Positions 17,242 to 27,625 of a stretch of DNA of 64,000 nt are shown here, one piece after another (positions within the stretch are counted from its first letter, which is position 1; each line of letters starts with the position of its first letter). This DNA comes from a bacterium (GTDB lineage Bacteria > Krumholzibacteriota > Krumholzibacteriia > LZORAL124-64-63). The translations under genes were made by a program, and so were the position numbers. Under the pieces are notes generated by a model, which was not told the DNA's origin, made no database searches, and saw only the letters and a list, made by a program, of their open reading frames with translations. The stretch is from NCBI GenBank assembly GCA_024229695.1, contig JAAESD010000325.1, forward strand, positions 32,958 through 96,957. The letters run 5' to 3'.

Positions 17242-18429
17242 ATGGATTTAAGACTTGGTTGGTTGGCAGACGTTTTAGGCGATTCGCCAACTCTAAAACT
17301 TTCTGGTCAGGCAAAAGAAATGATAGCCCAGGGTGAGCCTGTTATAAATCTCACTGCTGGTGAGCCGGACTTTAATACGCCATTGAAGATTCGTGAGGCA
17401 GCCCATGTTGCTATCGACGCGGGTAAAATTGGGTATACTGCAAGTGCAGGTACTCCTGAGTTGAGGAAGTGTGTTGCTGAGCATTATTCAGAAAGAATGG
17501 GTCTTAAAATATCCCCATCGGAAGTAATTATTTCCAACGGTGCAAAACAAATTCTCTATAATGCGTTATCTGTTTTGCTCAACCAGGGCGATCAAGTCGC
17601 TGTGCCGGTTCCATATTGGGTTACTTATCCTGCGCAAATTACTGCTTTAAGAGCTAGGACTATTCCAGTTATTCCTTCTCAACCAGGATGGAAAATAACC
17701 GCGGAAGATCTCGACAGGGCTGGTGCAGGTAGAGCAAAAGCGCTCATTTTAAACTCGCCATCGAACCCTTCTGGCGCTGTCTACACTCGTAAAGAACTTG
17801 AGGACCTTGCTGAGTATTTTCGGAAAACAAGCTTCTTTATTCTGACCGATGAGATTTATGAGGATCTGGTTTATTCTGAAGAAGGCCATATTTCCTTAAT
17901 GTCTATAGCACCAGATTTACGACACAGAATTATTGCTGTCAGCGGGCTTTCTAAAAGTTATGCGATGACTGGATGGAGAGTTGGCTTCGGAATTGCTGAT
18001 GAATCAACAATCGGAGCAATGACCAGACTGCAAAGTCACTCAACAAGCAGTATAAATACTATTGCCCAGAAAGCATCATTAGTAGCTTTTGATTGCCAGG
18101 ACGAAGTTAAAGAGATGTCCCAAGCATTCAAACAGCGTAGAGATCTTCTTGTAGATGCATTGAAAGATGTCCCAAACATCAGTTTCAATATTCCAGAAGG
18201 TGCATTTTATCTACTTGTGGACATCAGTAAAGCAGTTGATCCCGATAAACAGGCAGGGGGTTGCTGGCGACTTGCAGAACATCTTCTCAAAACGGAAAAG
18301 TTGGCTACTGTTCCGGGAGAGCCATTTGGTGTTCCAAACCATTTGCGCTTGAGCTATTCGCTGGATGGGGATACGCTGACAGAAGGTGCGAAGCGTTTGA
18401 TTAATGGTTTGAAGACATTCAAAGGTTAG
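17242..18429 (+). CDS. PLP-dependent aminotransferase class I (aspartate aminotransferase-like)
   Basis: PLP-lysine region SGLSKSYAMTGWRVGF. Fold-type I aminotransferase length (395 aa). Confidence 0.8.
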   Translation: MDLRLGWLADVLGDSPTLKLSGQAKEMIAQGEPVINLTAGEPDFNTPLKIREAAHVAIDAGKIGYTASAGTPELRKCVAEHYSERMGLKISPSEVIISNGAKQILYNALSVLLNQGDQVAVPVPYWVTYPAQITALRARTIPVIPSQPGWKITAEDLDRAGAGRAKALILNSPSNPSGAVYTRKELEDLAEYFRKTSFFILTDEIYEDLVYSEEGHISLMSIAPDLRHRIIAVSGLSKSYAMTGWRVGFGIADESTIGAMTRLQSHSTSSINTIAQKASLVAFDCQDEVKEMSQAFKQRRDLLVDALKDVPNISFNIPEGAFYLLVDISKAVDPDKQAGGCWRLAEHLLKTEKLATVPGEPFGVPNHLRLSYSLDGDTLTEGAKRLINGLKTFKG

Positions 18430-18435
18430 GTCTTT

Positions 18436-19455
18436 GTGAAGTTTATAGATGTTGCGGATATTTCTGTTGAATCTGGAACCGGTGGCGATGGTTGCGTTGC
18501 CTATCGGCGTGAAAAGGGTGTGCCCAGAGGTGGCCCAAACGGAGGCAACGGTGGAGCAGGTGGCTCGGTTTATCTTGTAGCTTCTTCAACAAGCTCCACA
18601 CTTCAGGACTTTCGTTACAAACGCAAATATTCAGCTCAAAATGGATCTCAAGGTGAGGGGTGGAACAAATCTGGTTCTGCTGGTGATGACCTTGAAATAT
18701 TTGTTCCATGTGGCACCTCTATTATTAACCGAAAAACTGATAAACTTATTTGTGACCTAGTAGACCCAGGGCAGAAGGTTTTGATTGTCCAGGGTGGTAA
18801 AGGAGGCAAAGGGAACTATGAGTTCCGGAATGCCCGCAATCAAACTCCAGACAAGGCAACTCCTGGTAAACTTGGCGTTTCAATAAAGCTGAAGATGGAA
18901 TTGAAACTGATTGCCGATATCGGTTTGATTGGTATGCCAAATGCGGGAAAATCAACTTTGCTGGCTCATATCACTTCAGCCAAACCCAAGATAGCTGACT
19001 ACCCATTTACTACTCTGGTTCCCAATCTCGGGATTGTCGATCTAGGTGATTTCGTCAGTTGCACTCTTGCTGATATTCCTGGTTTAATTGAAGGTGCCAG
19101 CCAGGGCAAAGGACTTGGTCTTGAATTCCTGAAGCATGTAGAACGCACTAGAGCTCTTGTTTATTTGATTGATGTCAATGATCCAGCTCCAGCTGCAACT
19201 CTATCAGTATTACGACAGGAACTTGAAGCGTATGGTAACAGGTTGCCTGAGCTCCCATTTGTCGTTGTCTTGAACAAAATCGATTTGGTATATGTTGAAT
19301 TGATTGATGATATACTGGAAGAGATTACTGAATGGACCGAGCATCGAAATGGTACTGGAGTACATGTAATTTCCGCTGTAACCGGACAAGGAATCGATAA
19401 GCTCCGTTATGCTATGAAAGATCTTTATCAGAAGGTTATCCCAGTAGAAGAATAA
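18436..19455 (+). CDS. obg: GTPase Obg
   Basis: GTG start. Obg fold glycine-rich N-terminus GGDGCVAYRREKGVPRGGPNGGNGGAGGSVY. G1 GMPNAGKSTLL, G3 DIPGLIEGA, G4 NKID. Confidence 0.9.
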   Translation: MKFIDVADISVESGTGGDGCVAYRREKGVPRGGPNGGNGGAGGSVYLVASSTSSTLQDFRYKRKYSAQNGSQGEGWNKSGSAGDDLEIFVPCGTSIINRKTDKLICDLVDPGQKVLIVQGGKGGKGNYEFRNARNQTPDKATPGKLGVSIKLKMELKLIADIGLIGMPNAGKSTLLAHITSAKPKIADYPFTTLVPNLGIVDLGDFVSCTLADIPGLIEGASQGKGLGLEFLKHVERTRALVYLIDVNDPAPAATLSVLRQELEAYGNRLPELPFVVVLNKIDLVYVELIDDILEEITEWTEHRNGTGVHVISAVTGQGIDKLRYAMKDLYQKVIPVEE

Positions 19456-19488
19456 TCTCCCATAATTTCTCCCGGTCAGGTTAAAAGA

Positions 19489-20370
19489 ATGCATAAATTA
19501 CTCCGCAAGGGTGATAAGTTGTGGCCGTCTCTGTGGAATGAAATCAACGATTCACCATCAGAAGTCAATGTAGCAGGCAATGCCAAAATCCTGCATGAAC
19601 AAGCAATAGCAATTGTAGGCACAAGGCGGGCAAGTAACCTGGGTAAGGCTATTGCCAGAAGAATTGCGATGGACTTATCCAATGCCGGTTATGTAATTGT
19701 AAGCGGGCTGGCTATGGGAATCGATACTGCTGCTCACCGAGGAGCACTTGATGGAAGTGGAAAGACTGTAGCAGTTATGGCAACCAGTATAGAGGAAACA
19801 TATCCTCCAGGAAACAGTGCCTTGCGCAAGGAAATTGAAAGCCAAGGTTGTGTTGTCTCTGAATCGCAAAATACACCGGTGCCGTTCAAGTATCTGTTTC
19901 CCAGACGTAATAGACTTGTTGCAGGGTTGGTTGCTGGAGTGATTGTAATTGAATCACCCGGAAAAAGCGGCTCTCTCATTACTGCGAAATTAGCAATTGA
20001 TTACAATCGTGAAGTTTTCGCTGTACCAGGGCCGATAGATAATGCAAATTGGAGAGGATCGCATCAGTTGATCAAAGATGGAGCACATCTTATTGAATGT
20101 GCAGAAGATGTGCTGGAAGTGCTTGGCTCCAGATCAGAAATATCCAGCGGGCCATTATTGCAGCTACCCCAGGAGGGGACATCTTCAAAATGGCTTTGGG
20201 ATAGAATAGATCTTTCAGGTGCTCCACTTGCGGATTTGCAGATGCAGTGGCCAGGAGATCCAGCAGATTTGGCTGAAGGTTTGCTTGCTCTTGAAATGGC
20301 GAATATGGCAGTCAGGCTGCCTGGTGCAAAAGTAGCAAGAACAGTGTGGACTTCTTCTGACAGAAAGTAG
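19489..20370 (+). CDS. dprA: DNA processing protein DprA (Smf)
   Basis: Rossmann-like DprA core VSGLAMGIDTAAHRGAL ... GSLITAKLAIDYNREVFAVPG. Confidence 0.85.
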   Translation: MHKLLRKGDKLWPSLWNEINDSPSEVNVAGNAKILHEQAIAIVGTRRASNLGKAIARRIAMDLSNAGYVIVSGLAMGIDTAAHRGALDGSGKTVAVMATSIEETYPPGNSALRKEIESQGCVVSESQNTPVPFKYLFPRRNRLVAGLVAGVIVIESPGKSGSLITAKLAIDYNREVFAVPGPIDNANWRGSHQLIKDGAHLIECAEDVLEVLGSRSEISSGPLLQLPQEGTSSKWLWDRIDLSGAPLADLQMQWPGDPADLAEGLLALEMANMAVRLPGAKVARTVWTSSDRK

Positions 20371-20372
20371 CT

Positions 20373-21266
20373 TTGACTATCAGAAAGAAAATAAGGTGGG
20401 CGCTCGAGTACATCGCTTTGAGAAAGCTGATGTTTTTTTCCTGCCTGATACCTGCCAGTAAACACAGAAGTTATGGAAGCAAATTTGGCCGATTTGTTTA
20501 TCGACGATTTGGATTCCGTAAAAGTGTTGTCGAAGAAAATCTATCTTTTGCTTTTCCTGATTATCATGAACCAATCGAAAACCTTGCTCTTGATGTTTAC
20601 CAAAATCTTGGGATTACATTGCTTGAGTTTCTATCGATGGGCAAGCTGACTCCAGAAGAAATATTGGAGCAAGTTGAGTTTGAAGGTATTCATCATCTGC
20701 ACGATTTCAAAAAAGCTGGGCAAGGTGTACTGCTGACAACTGGACACTTCGGGAACTGGGAGATGTTGGCGGCATCGATAAATGCAACAGGTATTGATGG
20801 CCACTTTGTTGTCAGATCCCAATCCAACCCATATGTAGATAAATTACAAAATAACATCCGCCATTCTGCTGGCCTGAATGTAATCAGAGCCGAAGATATA
20901 AGGCCACTGGTAAAGGCGCTGCATGCAGGGCAGCTTGTTGGTATTCTTCCTGATGTGAATGCTGGACAAAAAGGTGTTTTTGTGGATTTCATGGGGCGCA
21001 AAGCATCAACAACAAAAGGGTTGGCGCATTTTGCATGGAAACTGAATTGCCCAATTGTACCTAGTGCTATATTTAGAAAACCTGAAGGTGGGTTTAAAGC
21101 TGTTTTCAAGGATCCAATTTACCCAGACCCTGAAATGGCAGAAAAAGAGGCGGTGTACAGTTTGACTGTTCAGCACACCGCCGCTTTGGAAGATTTTATC
21201 CGTCAACAACCAGATCACTATTTCTGGGTGCATCGACGTTGGAAAGCTACTCCACCAAAAGATTAG
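20373..21266 (+). CDS. Lipid A biosynthesis lauroyl/myristoyl acyltransferase family (LpxL/HtrB-like)
   Basis: TTG start. HtrB-family motifs (HFGNWE acyltransferase HX4D-like region, LPDVNAGQKGVFVDFMGRKASTTKG). Confidence 0.7.
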   Translation: MTIRKKIRWALEYIALRKLMFFSCLIPASKHRSYGSKFGRFVYRRFGFRKSVVEENLSFAFPDYHEPIENLALDVYQNLGITLLEFLSMGKLTPEEILEQVEFEGIHHLHDFKKAGQGVLLTTGHFGNWEMLAASINATGIDGHFVVRSQSNPYVDKLQNNIRHSAGLNVIRAEDIRPLVKALHAGQLVGILPDVNAGQKGVFVDFMGRKASTTKGLAHFAWKLNCPIVPSAIFRKPEGGFKAVFKDPIYPDPEMAEKEAVYSLTVQHTAALEDFIRQQPDHYFWVHRRWKATPPKD

Positions 21267-21559
21267 TTCTCGGTCTCAAATCCGATACCAGGTGTGGGCA
21301 GGTTTCCGGCAAGTTTAATCTCACCATGAACTGATTCGTAACGCTCAAGATTTGCACCAAGTGTTTTGTGCAGAGCTTTCGCATTTTGCGGAGTCATGAT
21401 GACTCTCGCAAACACTTTACTTTTTGGAAGCCCTGGTAGCAGACGGGCAAAATCGATAATAAATTCACTAGGTGAATGGCTTATCAGAGCCAGGTTTGAA
21501 TAGATACCTTCAGCTTCTTCTTTACCAAGTTCCAAGCTGATTTTCTGTTTATCCTTCAT
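21263..21559 (-). CDS. Small conserved hypothetical protein (98 aa)
   Basis: Only convincing minus-strand ORF in this area. Convergent with, and overlapping, the lpxL-like stop by 4 nt. No recognisable catalytic motif. Confidence 0.45.
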   Translation of the reverse strand: MKDKQKISLELGKEEAEGIYSNLALISHSPSEFIIDFARLLPGLPKSKVFARVIMTPQNAKALHKTLGANLERYESVHGEIKLAGNLPTPGIGFETEN

Positions 21560-21663
21560 TTAAAATGCTCCCTGTTTTTAAGTATTGTTGTCGGTCTTGT
21601 TGACTGTTAATTATACTGGTAATAGCTTACCTATACTAATATAATCTTGTTCTGGAGGATAAA

Positions 21664-22635
21664 ATGCCACAACAAAGTCTAAAATGGCTCGATAAATTTT
21701 CAGATTGCCGACTAGCTGTAGTTGGTGATGCAATGGTCGATAGGTTTCTCTGGGGTAGTGTCAGTAGAATAAGTCCTGAAGCCCCGGTTCCCGTGGTCAA
21801 GCTTGAGCGTGAGACAATCAAGCTCGGTGGGGCAGCAAATGTTGCGGCAAATATCCGATCGCTTGGTAGTGATGTTGAACTCATTACAGTAACTGGTGAT
21901 GATAGCGGAGCTGATTCTCTTTCTTTGCTTCTAAATGAGAAAGAAATAAGAAGCTCCGGTGTTTTTCGTTTGGATTCTCGCAGAACAACTCTTAAAACCA
22001 GGATAATTGCCCACAGCCAGCAAGTTGTAAGAACTGATATTGAAGATGATGAAGGTATCGATGAGGCTACAAGTTCCCTGATGTTGGAGCGCATGAAATC
22101 ACTAGGGCCATTTGATGGCATTGTACTGAGTGATTATGGCAAGGGGATTCTCACTCCTGAAGTGCTGAAGGCAGTAATAAGTTACGCAAAAGAAACCGAA
22201 GCTGTAATTGTTGCTGATCCTAAAATGGGTGACTTCTCACAATACAAAGGTGTTACTTCATTGACTCCCAATCAACTTGAAGCAAGTGGAGCATGTCCCT
22301 TAAGAATTCGGGACTTACAAACTCTTTCTCAAGCTGGATTGATGCTTCGAAATCGCACAGATTCAGAAGCAGTGCTGGTTACCAGAGGCGAACACGGAAT
22401 GGCACTATTTGAAAAAGATGGCACAGAACACCATCTGCCAACCGAAGCTACAGATGTTTATGATGTTACTGGTGCCGGCGATACCGTTATTGCAGCATAT
22501 ACAACTGCTTTGGCTGCTGGAGCTGATTATCTAACTGCTGCCAATATTGCAAATCATGCTGCAGGGTTGGCAGTCAGAGAACTCGGAACTGCAACAATTA
22601 CTGTTGCAGCGTTGCGGGAGGCAATTTCAAAATGA
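21664..22635 (+). CDS. D-glycero-beta-D-manno-heptose-7-phosphate kinase (HldE kinase domain / RfaE domain I, PfkB family)
   Basis: PfkB ribokinase-like signature DVTGAGDTVIAAYTTALAAG. SD GGAGGATAAA then ATG. ATGA overlap with the next gene. Confidence 0.8.
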   Translation: MPQQSLKWLDKFSDCRLAVVGDAMVDRFLWGSVSRISPEAPVPVVKLERETIKLGGAANVAANIRSLGSDVELITVTGDDSGADSLSLLLNEKEIRSSGVFRLDSRRTTLKTRIIAHSQQVVRTDIEDDEGIDEATSSLMLERMKSLGPFDGIVLSDYGKGILTPEVLKAVISYAKETEAVIVADPKMGDFSQYKGVTSLTPNQLEASGACPLRIRDLQTLSQAGLMLRNRTDSEAVLVTRGEHGMALFEKDGTEHHLPTEATDVYDVTGAGDTVIAAYTTALAAGADYLTAANIANHAAGLAVRELGTATITVAALREAISK

Positions 22636-23114
22636 AATTAATGGCTCCAATTCTTGTCAGAGAAGATCTTTTTACCTGGGCTGAGCAAGTACGAAATGAT
22701 GGCCAACATATTGCTTTCACTAATGGCTGCTTTGACTTACTGCATTTTGGGCACCTTGAAACTTTTATAGAAGCAATTGATTCAGGTGCCAAATTGATAG
22801 TTGCAATCAACTCGGATTCTTCGATTTCTGCCTTGAAGGGACCAACACGTCCTTTGATGACCGAAACTGACAGATCATTGCTCCTGGCTTCCTTGCGTTA
22901 TGTCGATGCGGTTACCATATTTCCCGAGCCAACTCCTCTGGAAACAATCATGCTCCTCAAACCGGATATTCTGGTAAAAGGAGATGAGTATGCAGAAGAG
23001 GATATAGTTGGAGCCAGCGAGGTTCGCTCTTGGGGTGGTAAGGTGCATAGAGTTCCAATGCGTCCCGGCAGATCAACTTCACTGCTTATAAATAAAATCA
23101 AGCGTCTTTCCTGA
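22632..23114 (+). CDS. D-glycero-beta-D-manno-heptose-1-phosphate adenylyltransferase (RfaE domain II / HldC)
   Basis: Cytidylyltransferase-like HxGH motif FTNGCFDLLHFGHLETF. 160 aa. Confidence 0.85.
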   Translation: MKLMAPILVREDLFTWAEQVRNDGQHIAFTNGCFDLLHFGHLETFIEAIDSGAKLIVAINSDSSISALKGPTRPLMTETDRSLLLASLRYVDAVTIFPEPTPLETIMLLKPDILVKGDEYAEEDIVGASEVRSWGGKVHRVPMRPGRSTSLLINKIKRLS

Positions 23115-23199
23115 ATCAGACACTCATGTCTCCGTTTTGCGCAACGGCCAGGATTGACTCTGTAACTGCGCTATACTTTTTACATAAAAGAGGTCTGCC

Positions 23200-24516
23200 A
23201 TGAGCAGGGAAAAAATCATCATCATCGGCGCTGCCGGTCGCGATTTCCACAATTTTAATTGCGTCTTCCGTGGAAACGAGAAGTACGAAGTTGTAGCATT
23301 TACTGCTGCACAGATTCCAGATATCGATGGCCGTAAATATCCAGCATCACTTGCTGGGGAGCTTTATCCAGAAGGAATCCCAATTCTTTCTGAAGACGAT
23401 CTTCCTCAACTGATTGCTGATAATAATATTGAATGCTGTGTTTTTGCATACAGCGATGTTTCGCATGAGGATGTAATGCACGTAGCTGCTCTTGTTAACT
23501 CATGTGGCGCAGACTTTAAACTTCTTGGTGAACGAGACACACAGGTTGTCAGTACCAAACCAGTAATTAGCATTTGTGCTGCTCGTACAGGTTGTGGCAA
23601 GAGTCAGACAACTCGTCGTGTAAGCGAAGTCCTTCAAGCTGCTGGCTTGAAAGTTGCTGCTATTCGACATCCAATGCCGTATGGCGATCTGGAGAAACAG
23701 AAAGTACAGCGTTTTGCTGAACTTGCTGATCTGGAAACTCACAAATGTACAATCGAAGAGATGGAAGAGTACGAACCACACATCGTTCTTGGTAATGTTA
23801 TATTTGCTGGCGTTGATTATGAAGCTATTCTTCGCGAGGCAGAAAAAGAAGCAGATGTTATCCTTTGGGATGGCGGAAATAATGACACTTCTTTCTACAA
23901 AAGCGATCTCCACATCGTTGTAGTTGATCCTCACCGTGCAGGTCATGAGTTGACTTACTATCCTGGTGAAACAAATATCCACATGGCTGATGTTGTTGTA
24001 ATCAACAAAGTTGTTGAAGCTACATTCGAGCAGATTGAAGAAGTTCGCGAAAATGTTCGTTCAATCAATTCAACTTGCAAAATTGTTGAAGCTGCTTCTC
24101 CGTTGACTATTGAAGATGCGGAAGAAATTGCTGGCAAAACAATTCTGGTTGTTGAAGATGGACCAACTTTAACTCATGGTGGCATGACTTATGGTGCTGG
24201 TACAGTCGCTGCTCTGAAGAGTGGTGCTGGCGAACTTGTTGACCCAAGACCATGGGCTGTTGGAAAACTTGCTGAGACATTTGAAATCTACCCTGAGATT
24301 GGCACCTTGTTGCCAGCAATGGGATATGGTGACGAACAGTTGTCAGACTTGGAGAAAACAATCAATGCTGTCGAATGTGATGCAGTAGTAATTGGAACTC
24401 CAATTGACTTGAACCGAATTGTCAAGATTGAGAAACCAACATACCGTGTTGGTTACAGTCTACAGGAAATTGGTTCACCGAACTTGACAGAAATTCTGGA
24501 AAAGTTCACCAAGTAG
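23200..24516 (+). CDS. COG2403-family P-loop protein (annotated as cyclic 2,3-diphosphoglycerate synthetase-like / predicted GTPase)
   Basis: N-terminus KIIIIGAAGRDFHNFN typical of this family. Internal Walker A CAARTGCGKSQTT. 438 aa. Confidence 0.5.
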   Translation: MSREKIIIIGAAGRDFHNFNCVFRGNEKYEVVAFTAAQIPDIDGRKYPASLAGELYPEGIPILSEDDLPQLIADNNIECCVFAYSDVSHEDVMHVAALVNSCGADFKLLGERDTQVVSTKPVISICAARTGCGKSQTTRRVSEVLQAAGLKVAAIRHPMPYGDLEKQKVQRFAELADLETHKCTIEEMEEYEPHIVLGNVIFAGVDYEAILREAEKEADVILWDGGNNDTSFYKSDLHIVVVDPHRAGHELTYYPGETNIHMADVVVINKVVEATFEQIEEVRENVRSINSTCKIVEAASPLTIEDAEEIAGKTILVVEDGPTLTHGGMTYGAGTVAALKSGAGELVDPRPWAVGKLAETFEIYPEIGTLLPAMGYGDEQLSDLEKTINAVECDAVVIGTPIDLNRIVKIEKPTYRVGYSLQEIGSPNLTEILEKFTK

Positions 24517-24525
24517 TTATTACTG

Positions 24526-24559
24526 GCGGGGAGGGCATTGCCTTCCCCGCGTTTTTTTT
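24526..24559 (+). terminator. Rho-independent terminator downstream of the COG2403 gene
   Basis: GCGGGGAGGGCA / TGCCTTCCCCGC 12-nt arms (one mismatch) followed by T8. Confidence 0.75.
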
Positions 24560-24591
24560 AGTTGCACAGTTTAGAATATTCGGAGGTTGAT

Positions 24592-25725
24592 GTGAACATC
24601 CATGAATACCAGGCAAAGGAATTTTTCCGCAATGCTGGTTTAGATGTACCTGAAGGTAAGGCTTGCTTCTCAGTTGATGAAGCTACAGCTACTGCTGAGC
24701 AGTATGGAATGCCTGTTATGGTTAAAGCTCAGGTTTTAACTGGCGGGCGTGGCAAAGCTGGTGGCGTTAAATTCTGTGACAGCATGGACAAAGTCAAAGA
24801 GAGTGCTGAAGCAATTCTTGGTATGGATATAAAAGGCCATACTGTAAACAAAGTTTTGGTAACACCAGCAGTTGATATTGAAGAAGAATATTATGTTGGC
24901 ATGTTGGTTGACCGTGCAAGTCGTAGAGTATTGTTGATGGCAAGTAGTGAAGGTGGCGTAGAAATTGAACAAGTTGCAAAAGATAATCCTGATGCAATTA
25001 TCAAACAGGTTATAGATCCTCGTTACGGTTTACTTGACCATGAAGCAATGACTGTTTCTATGAAGCTGACTGCTGATGTAAAAAAAGCACGACAACTTGC
25101 TGCTTCAATGCAGAAGTTGTACACAGCCTTTATTGAAGTTGATGCAAGTCTTGCAGAAATCAATCCATTTATTTTCACTCCAGATGGTATTGGTAAGGCT
25201 ATCGATGCAAAAGTGAATATCGATGACAATGCTATGTTCCGTCACCGCGATTTTGAAGAACTTCGTGATCTTCAAGAGGAGAACCCCGCAGAAGCAGCTG
25301 CTCGTAAAGCAGATCTTTCATTTGTTAAACTTGATGGCAACGTCGGTTGTCTGGTTAATGGTGCTGGTCTTGCAATGGCTACAATGGATTTGGTTCAGTA
25401 CTACGGTGGTATGCCTGCTAACTTCTTGGATATTGGCGGAAGTTCTAATCCTGATAAAGTTGTTTCAGCTCTTGAAATCATTCTACAGGATGAAAATGTT
25501 GAAGTTATTTTGTTTAACATTTTTGGTGGAATCACTCGTTGCGATGATGTCGCAAAGGGCATTATTGAAGCAACAAATCGTCTAGATATAAAAGTTCCTG
25601 TTGTTGTCAGATTGACCGGAACCAATGAAGAAGAAGCTCGTGTTCTGTTGCAAGGTACTGACCTTGTTCCAGCAGAAACTATGGATGAAGTTGTTCAAAA
25701 AGCCCTTGAACTGGCTTCCAACTAG
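24592..25725 (+). CDS. sucC: Succinyl-CoA synthetase beta subunit
   Basis: GTG start 8 nt after GGAGG. N-terminus (V)NIHEYQAKEFF is the canonical SucC start. ATP-grasp motifs. Confidence 0.9.
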   Translation: MNIHEYQAKEFFRNAGLDVPEGKACFSVDEATATAEQYGMPVMVKAQVLTGGRGKAGGVKFCDSMDKVKESAEAILGMDIKGHTVNKVLVTPAVDIEEEYYVGMLVDRASRRVLLMASSEGGVEIEQVAKDNPDAIIKQVIDPRYGLLDHEAMTVSMKLTADVKKARQLAASMQKLYTAFIEVDASLAEINPFIFTPDGIGKAIDAKVNIDDNAMFRHRDFEELRDLQEENPAEAAARKADLSFVKLDGNVGCLVNGAGLAMATMDLVQYYGGMPANFLDIGGSSNPDKVVSALEIILQDENVEVILFNIFGGITRCDDVAKGIIEATNRLDIKVPVVVRLTGTNEEEARVLLQGTDLVPAETMDEVVQKALELASN

Positions 25726-25749
25726 AGCACTGCTCATAAGGAGAATATA

Positions 25750-26628
25750 ATGGCTATTTTTTGCACAGGTGAAACCAAAGTACTGGTACAGGGAATCACT
25801 GGCCGCGATGGCGGTTTTCATACAAAGTCAATGATTGACTATGGAACAAAAGTTGTTGCAGGTGTTACACCGGGCCGTGGTGGACAAATGTTCAATGAGA
25901 CAGTTCCAGTTTTTGATAATGTTGCCGATGCTGTTGCAGAAACAGGAGCTGAGGCTTCAGTAATATTCGTTCCACCTTTTGCTGCTGCTGGAGCAATCTT
26001 TGAAGCTGCTGATGCAGGCATAAAATTAATTGTCTGTATTACTGAAGGTGTACCAACAAATGACATGGTAAAAGTCATGCCATTTTTGGAAGATCGAGGA
26101 GTTACACTTGTCGGCCCAAACTGCCCAGGCTTTATTGTTCCTGGACAAGCCAAACTGGGTATCCTTCCAGGCAATATTGTTGCTGAAGGAAAAGTTGGTC
26201 TGGTTTCCCGTAGTGGAACTCTGACTTATGAAGTTGTCGATGCATTGACAAAAGCTGGTCTTGGACAAACTACTTGTCTCGGTATTGGTGGAGACCCTGT
26301 AATTGGCACAAGTTTCATGGATGCTATTAAAGCATTTAATGCAGATCCTGAAACTAAAGCACTGGTTTTGATTGGTGAAATTGGTGGCGATGCTGAAGAG
26401 CGTGCTGCTGAATACATCAAGGAAAATATGGATATTCCAGTTGTTGCATTTATTGCAGGTCGCACTGCACCTCCTGGAAAAAGGATGGGGCATGCGGGCG
26501 CAATCGTAACCGGTGGAACTGGTACTGCAGCAGAGAAAAAAGCTGCACTTGAAGCTGCGGGGATTCCTGTTGCTGACAGACCTGTCGATGTAGTACCACT
26601 ACTAAAAGAACTTTGGAAGGATGCATAA
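25750..26628 (+). CDS. sucD: Succinyl-CoA synthetase alpha subunit
   Basis: CoA-binding KVLVQGITG. Active-site His region GHAGAIV. 292 aa. Confidence 0.95.
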   Translation: MAIFCTGETKVLVQGITGRDGGFHTKSMIDYGTKVVAGVTPGRGGQMFNETVPVFDNVADAVAETGAEASVIFVPPFAAAGAIFEAADAGIKLIVCITEGVPTNDMVKVMPFLEDRGVTLVGPNCPGFIVPGQAKLGILPGNIVAEGKVGLVSRSGTLTYEVVDALTKAGLGQTTCLGIGGDPVIGTSFMDAIKAFNADPETKALVLIGEIGGDAEERAAEYIKENMDIPVVAFIAGRTAPPGKRMGHAGAIVTGGTGTAAEKKAALEAAGIPVADRPVDVVPLLKELWKDA

Positions 26629-26631
26629 ATA

Positions 26632-27036
26632 ATGCAAAGTACTTACATGATGATAAAACCTGAAATAGTGGCTGCCGATGAACAAAAGATTGGCGAAATT
26701 ATCGCAATCGTTCAGAAGGCAGGATTCAGGATTGAAAAAATGGAACTCAAGCAATTGTCACGTGAAACTGTTGAAGAGTTTTATGTAGAGCATGTTGAGC
26801 GCCCATTTTATGGTGAGCTCGTTGATTATATCACAAGTGGACCTGTTGTTGCGCTGCAACTACAGCGAGATGATGCTGTAATCAAAATGCGTGAGCTTGT
26901 TGGTGCCACAAACCCTGTTGAAGCTGCTACTGGCACAATCAGGGATTTGTATGGAACTGAGCTGTCTACAAATGCAGTTCATGCTTCAGATTCCCCAGAG
27001 AGTGCAAGTCGTGAATTAGGCTTGGTTTTTGGGTAA
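26632..27036 (+). CDS. ndk: Nucleoside diphosphate kinase
   Basis: MMIKPE ... NAVHASDS (active-site His loop). 134 aa. Confidence 0.9.
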   Translation: MQSTYMMIKPEIVAADEQKIGEIIAIVQKAGFRIEKMELKQLSRETVEEFYVEHVERPFYGELVDYITSGPVVALQLQRDDAVIKMRELVGATNPVEAATGTIRDLYGTELSTNAVHASDSPESASRELGLVFG

Positions 27037-27126
27037 CAATGTCCGATATTACTGCCTGATTCGTCTTGAGCGAATCGGGCATAATCTTGACATGTTGCTT
27101 TAACTTAATTACTGTGGTGCGCTTGC

Positions 27127-27606
27127 ATGAAGGTTAATCTGGATACTCTGGCAATTGGCAAATCAACAGAAGTTGTTGAGGAATATTTTCTTCGATTCCC
27201 TGATGAAGCTGATTCCGATAAGTTGTTGGTAAGTGGTGATGTTACTCTTGATAACACTGCAGCTGGCGTTCTTATTTCAGGCAGAGTGAATGTATCTACA
27301 GATACTGATTGCAGCAATTGCCTGGAACCATTTGAGCTGATTTACATTGCCGATGTGGAAATATTCATCGACAGGGTTGCAACTCAGGTAGATGTTTCCG
27401 AAAGTGATTGGGTTATTTGTCAACAGCGGGGAGTTGTTGACATTTCAGAGTCTTTGCGTGATGTTGCTATGCTATCACGACCGCAGAGAATAGTTTGCGA
27501 TGAAGAATGTAACGGTTTTTGTGTACAATGTGGCAAGAACCTTAATGAACAATCATGTGATTGTAAAACGGAAGAAACTGATTCCCGATGGGATGCTCTT
27601 CCGTAG
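27127..27606 (+). CDS. yceD: YceD/DUF177 family protein (ribosomal large-subunit accumulation protein)
   Basis: Conserved position immediately upstream of rpmF. Paired CxxC motifs (CSNC ... CVQCGKN ... CDC). Confidence 0.7.
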   Translation: MKVNLDTLAIGKSTEVVEEYFLRFPDEADSDKLLVSGDVTLDNTAAGVLISGRVNVSTDTDCSNCLEPFELIYIADVEIFIDRVATQVDVSESDWVICQQRGVVDISESLRDVAMLSRPQRIVCDEECNGFCVQCGKNLNEQSCDCKTEETDSRWDALP

Positions 27607-27625
27607 ATAATGAAAGAGGAAGATA

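Noticed and set aside
21636-22121. 161-aa minus-strand ORF
   Set aside because: Antisense to the well-supported PfkB-family heptose kinase gene. Shadow ORF.
23500-23982. 160-aa minus-strand ORF
   Set aside because: Antisense to the COG2403 P-loop gene, with no motifs. Shadow ORF.
26026-26493. 155-aa minus-strand ORF
   Set aside because: Antisense to sucD, which is unambiguous.
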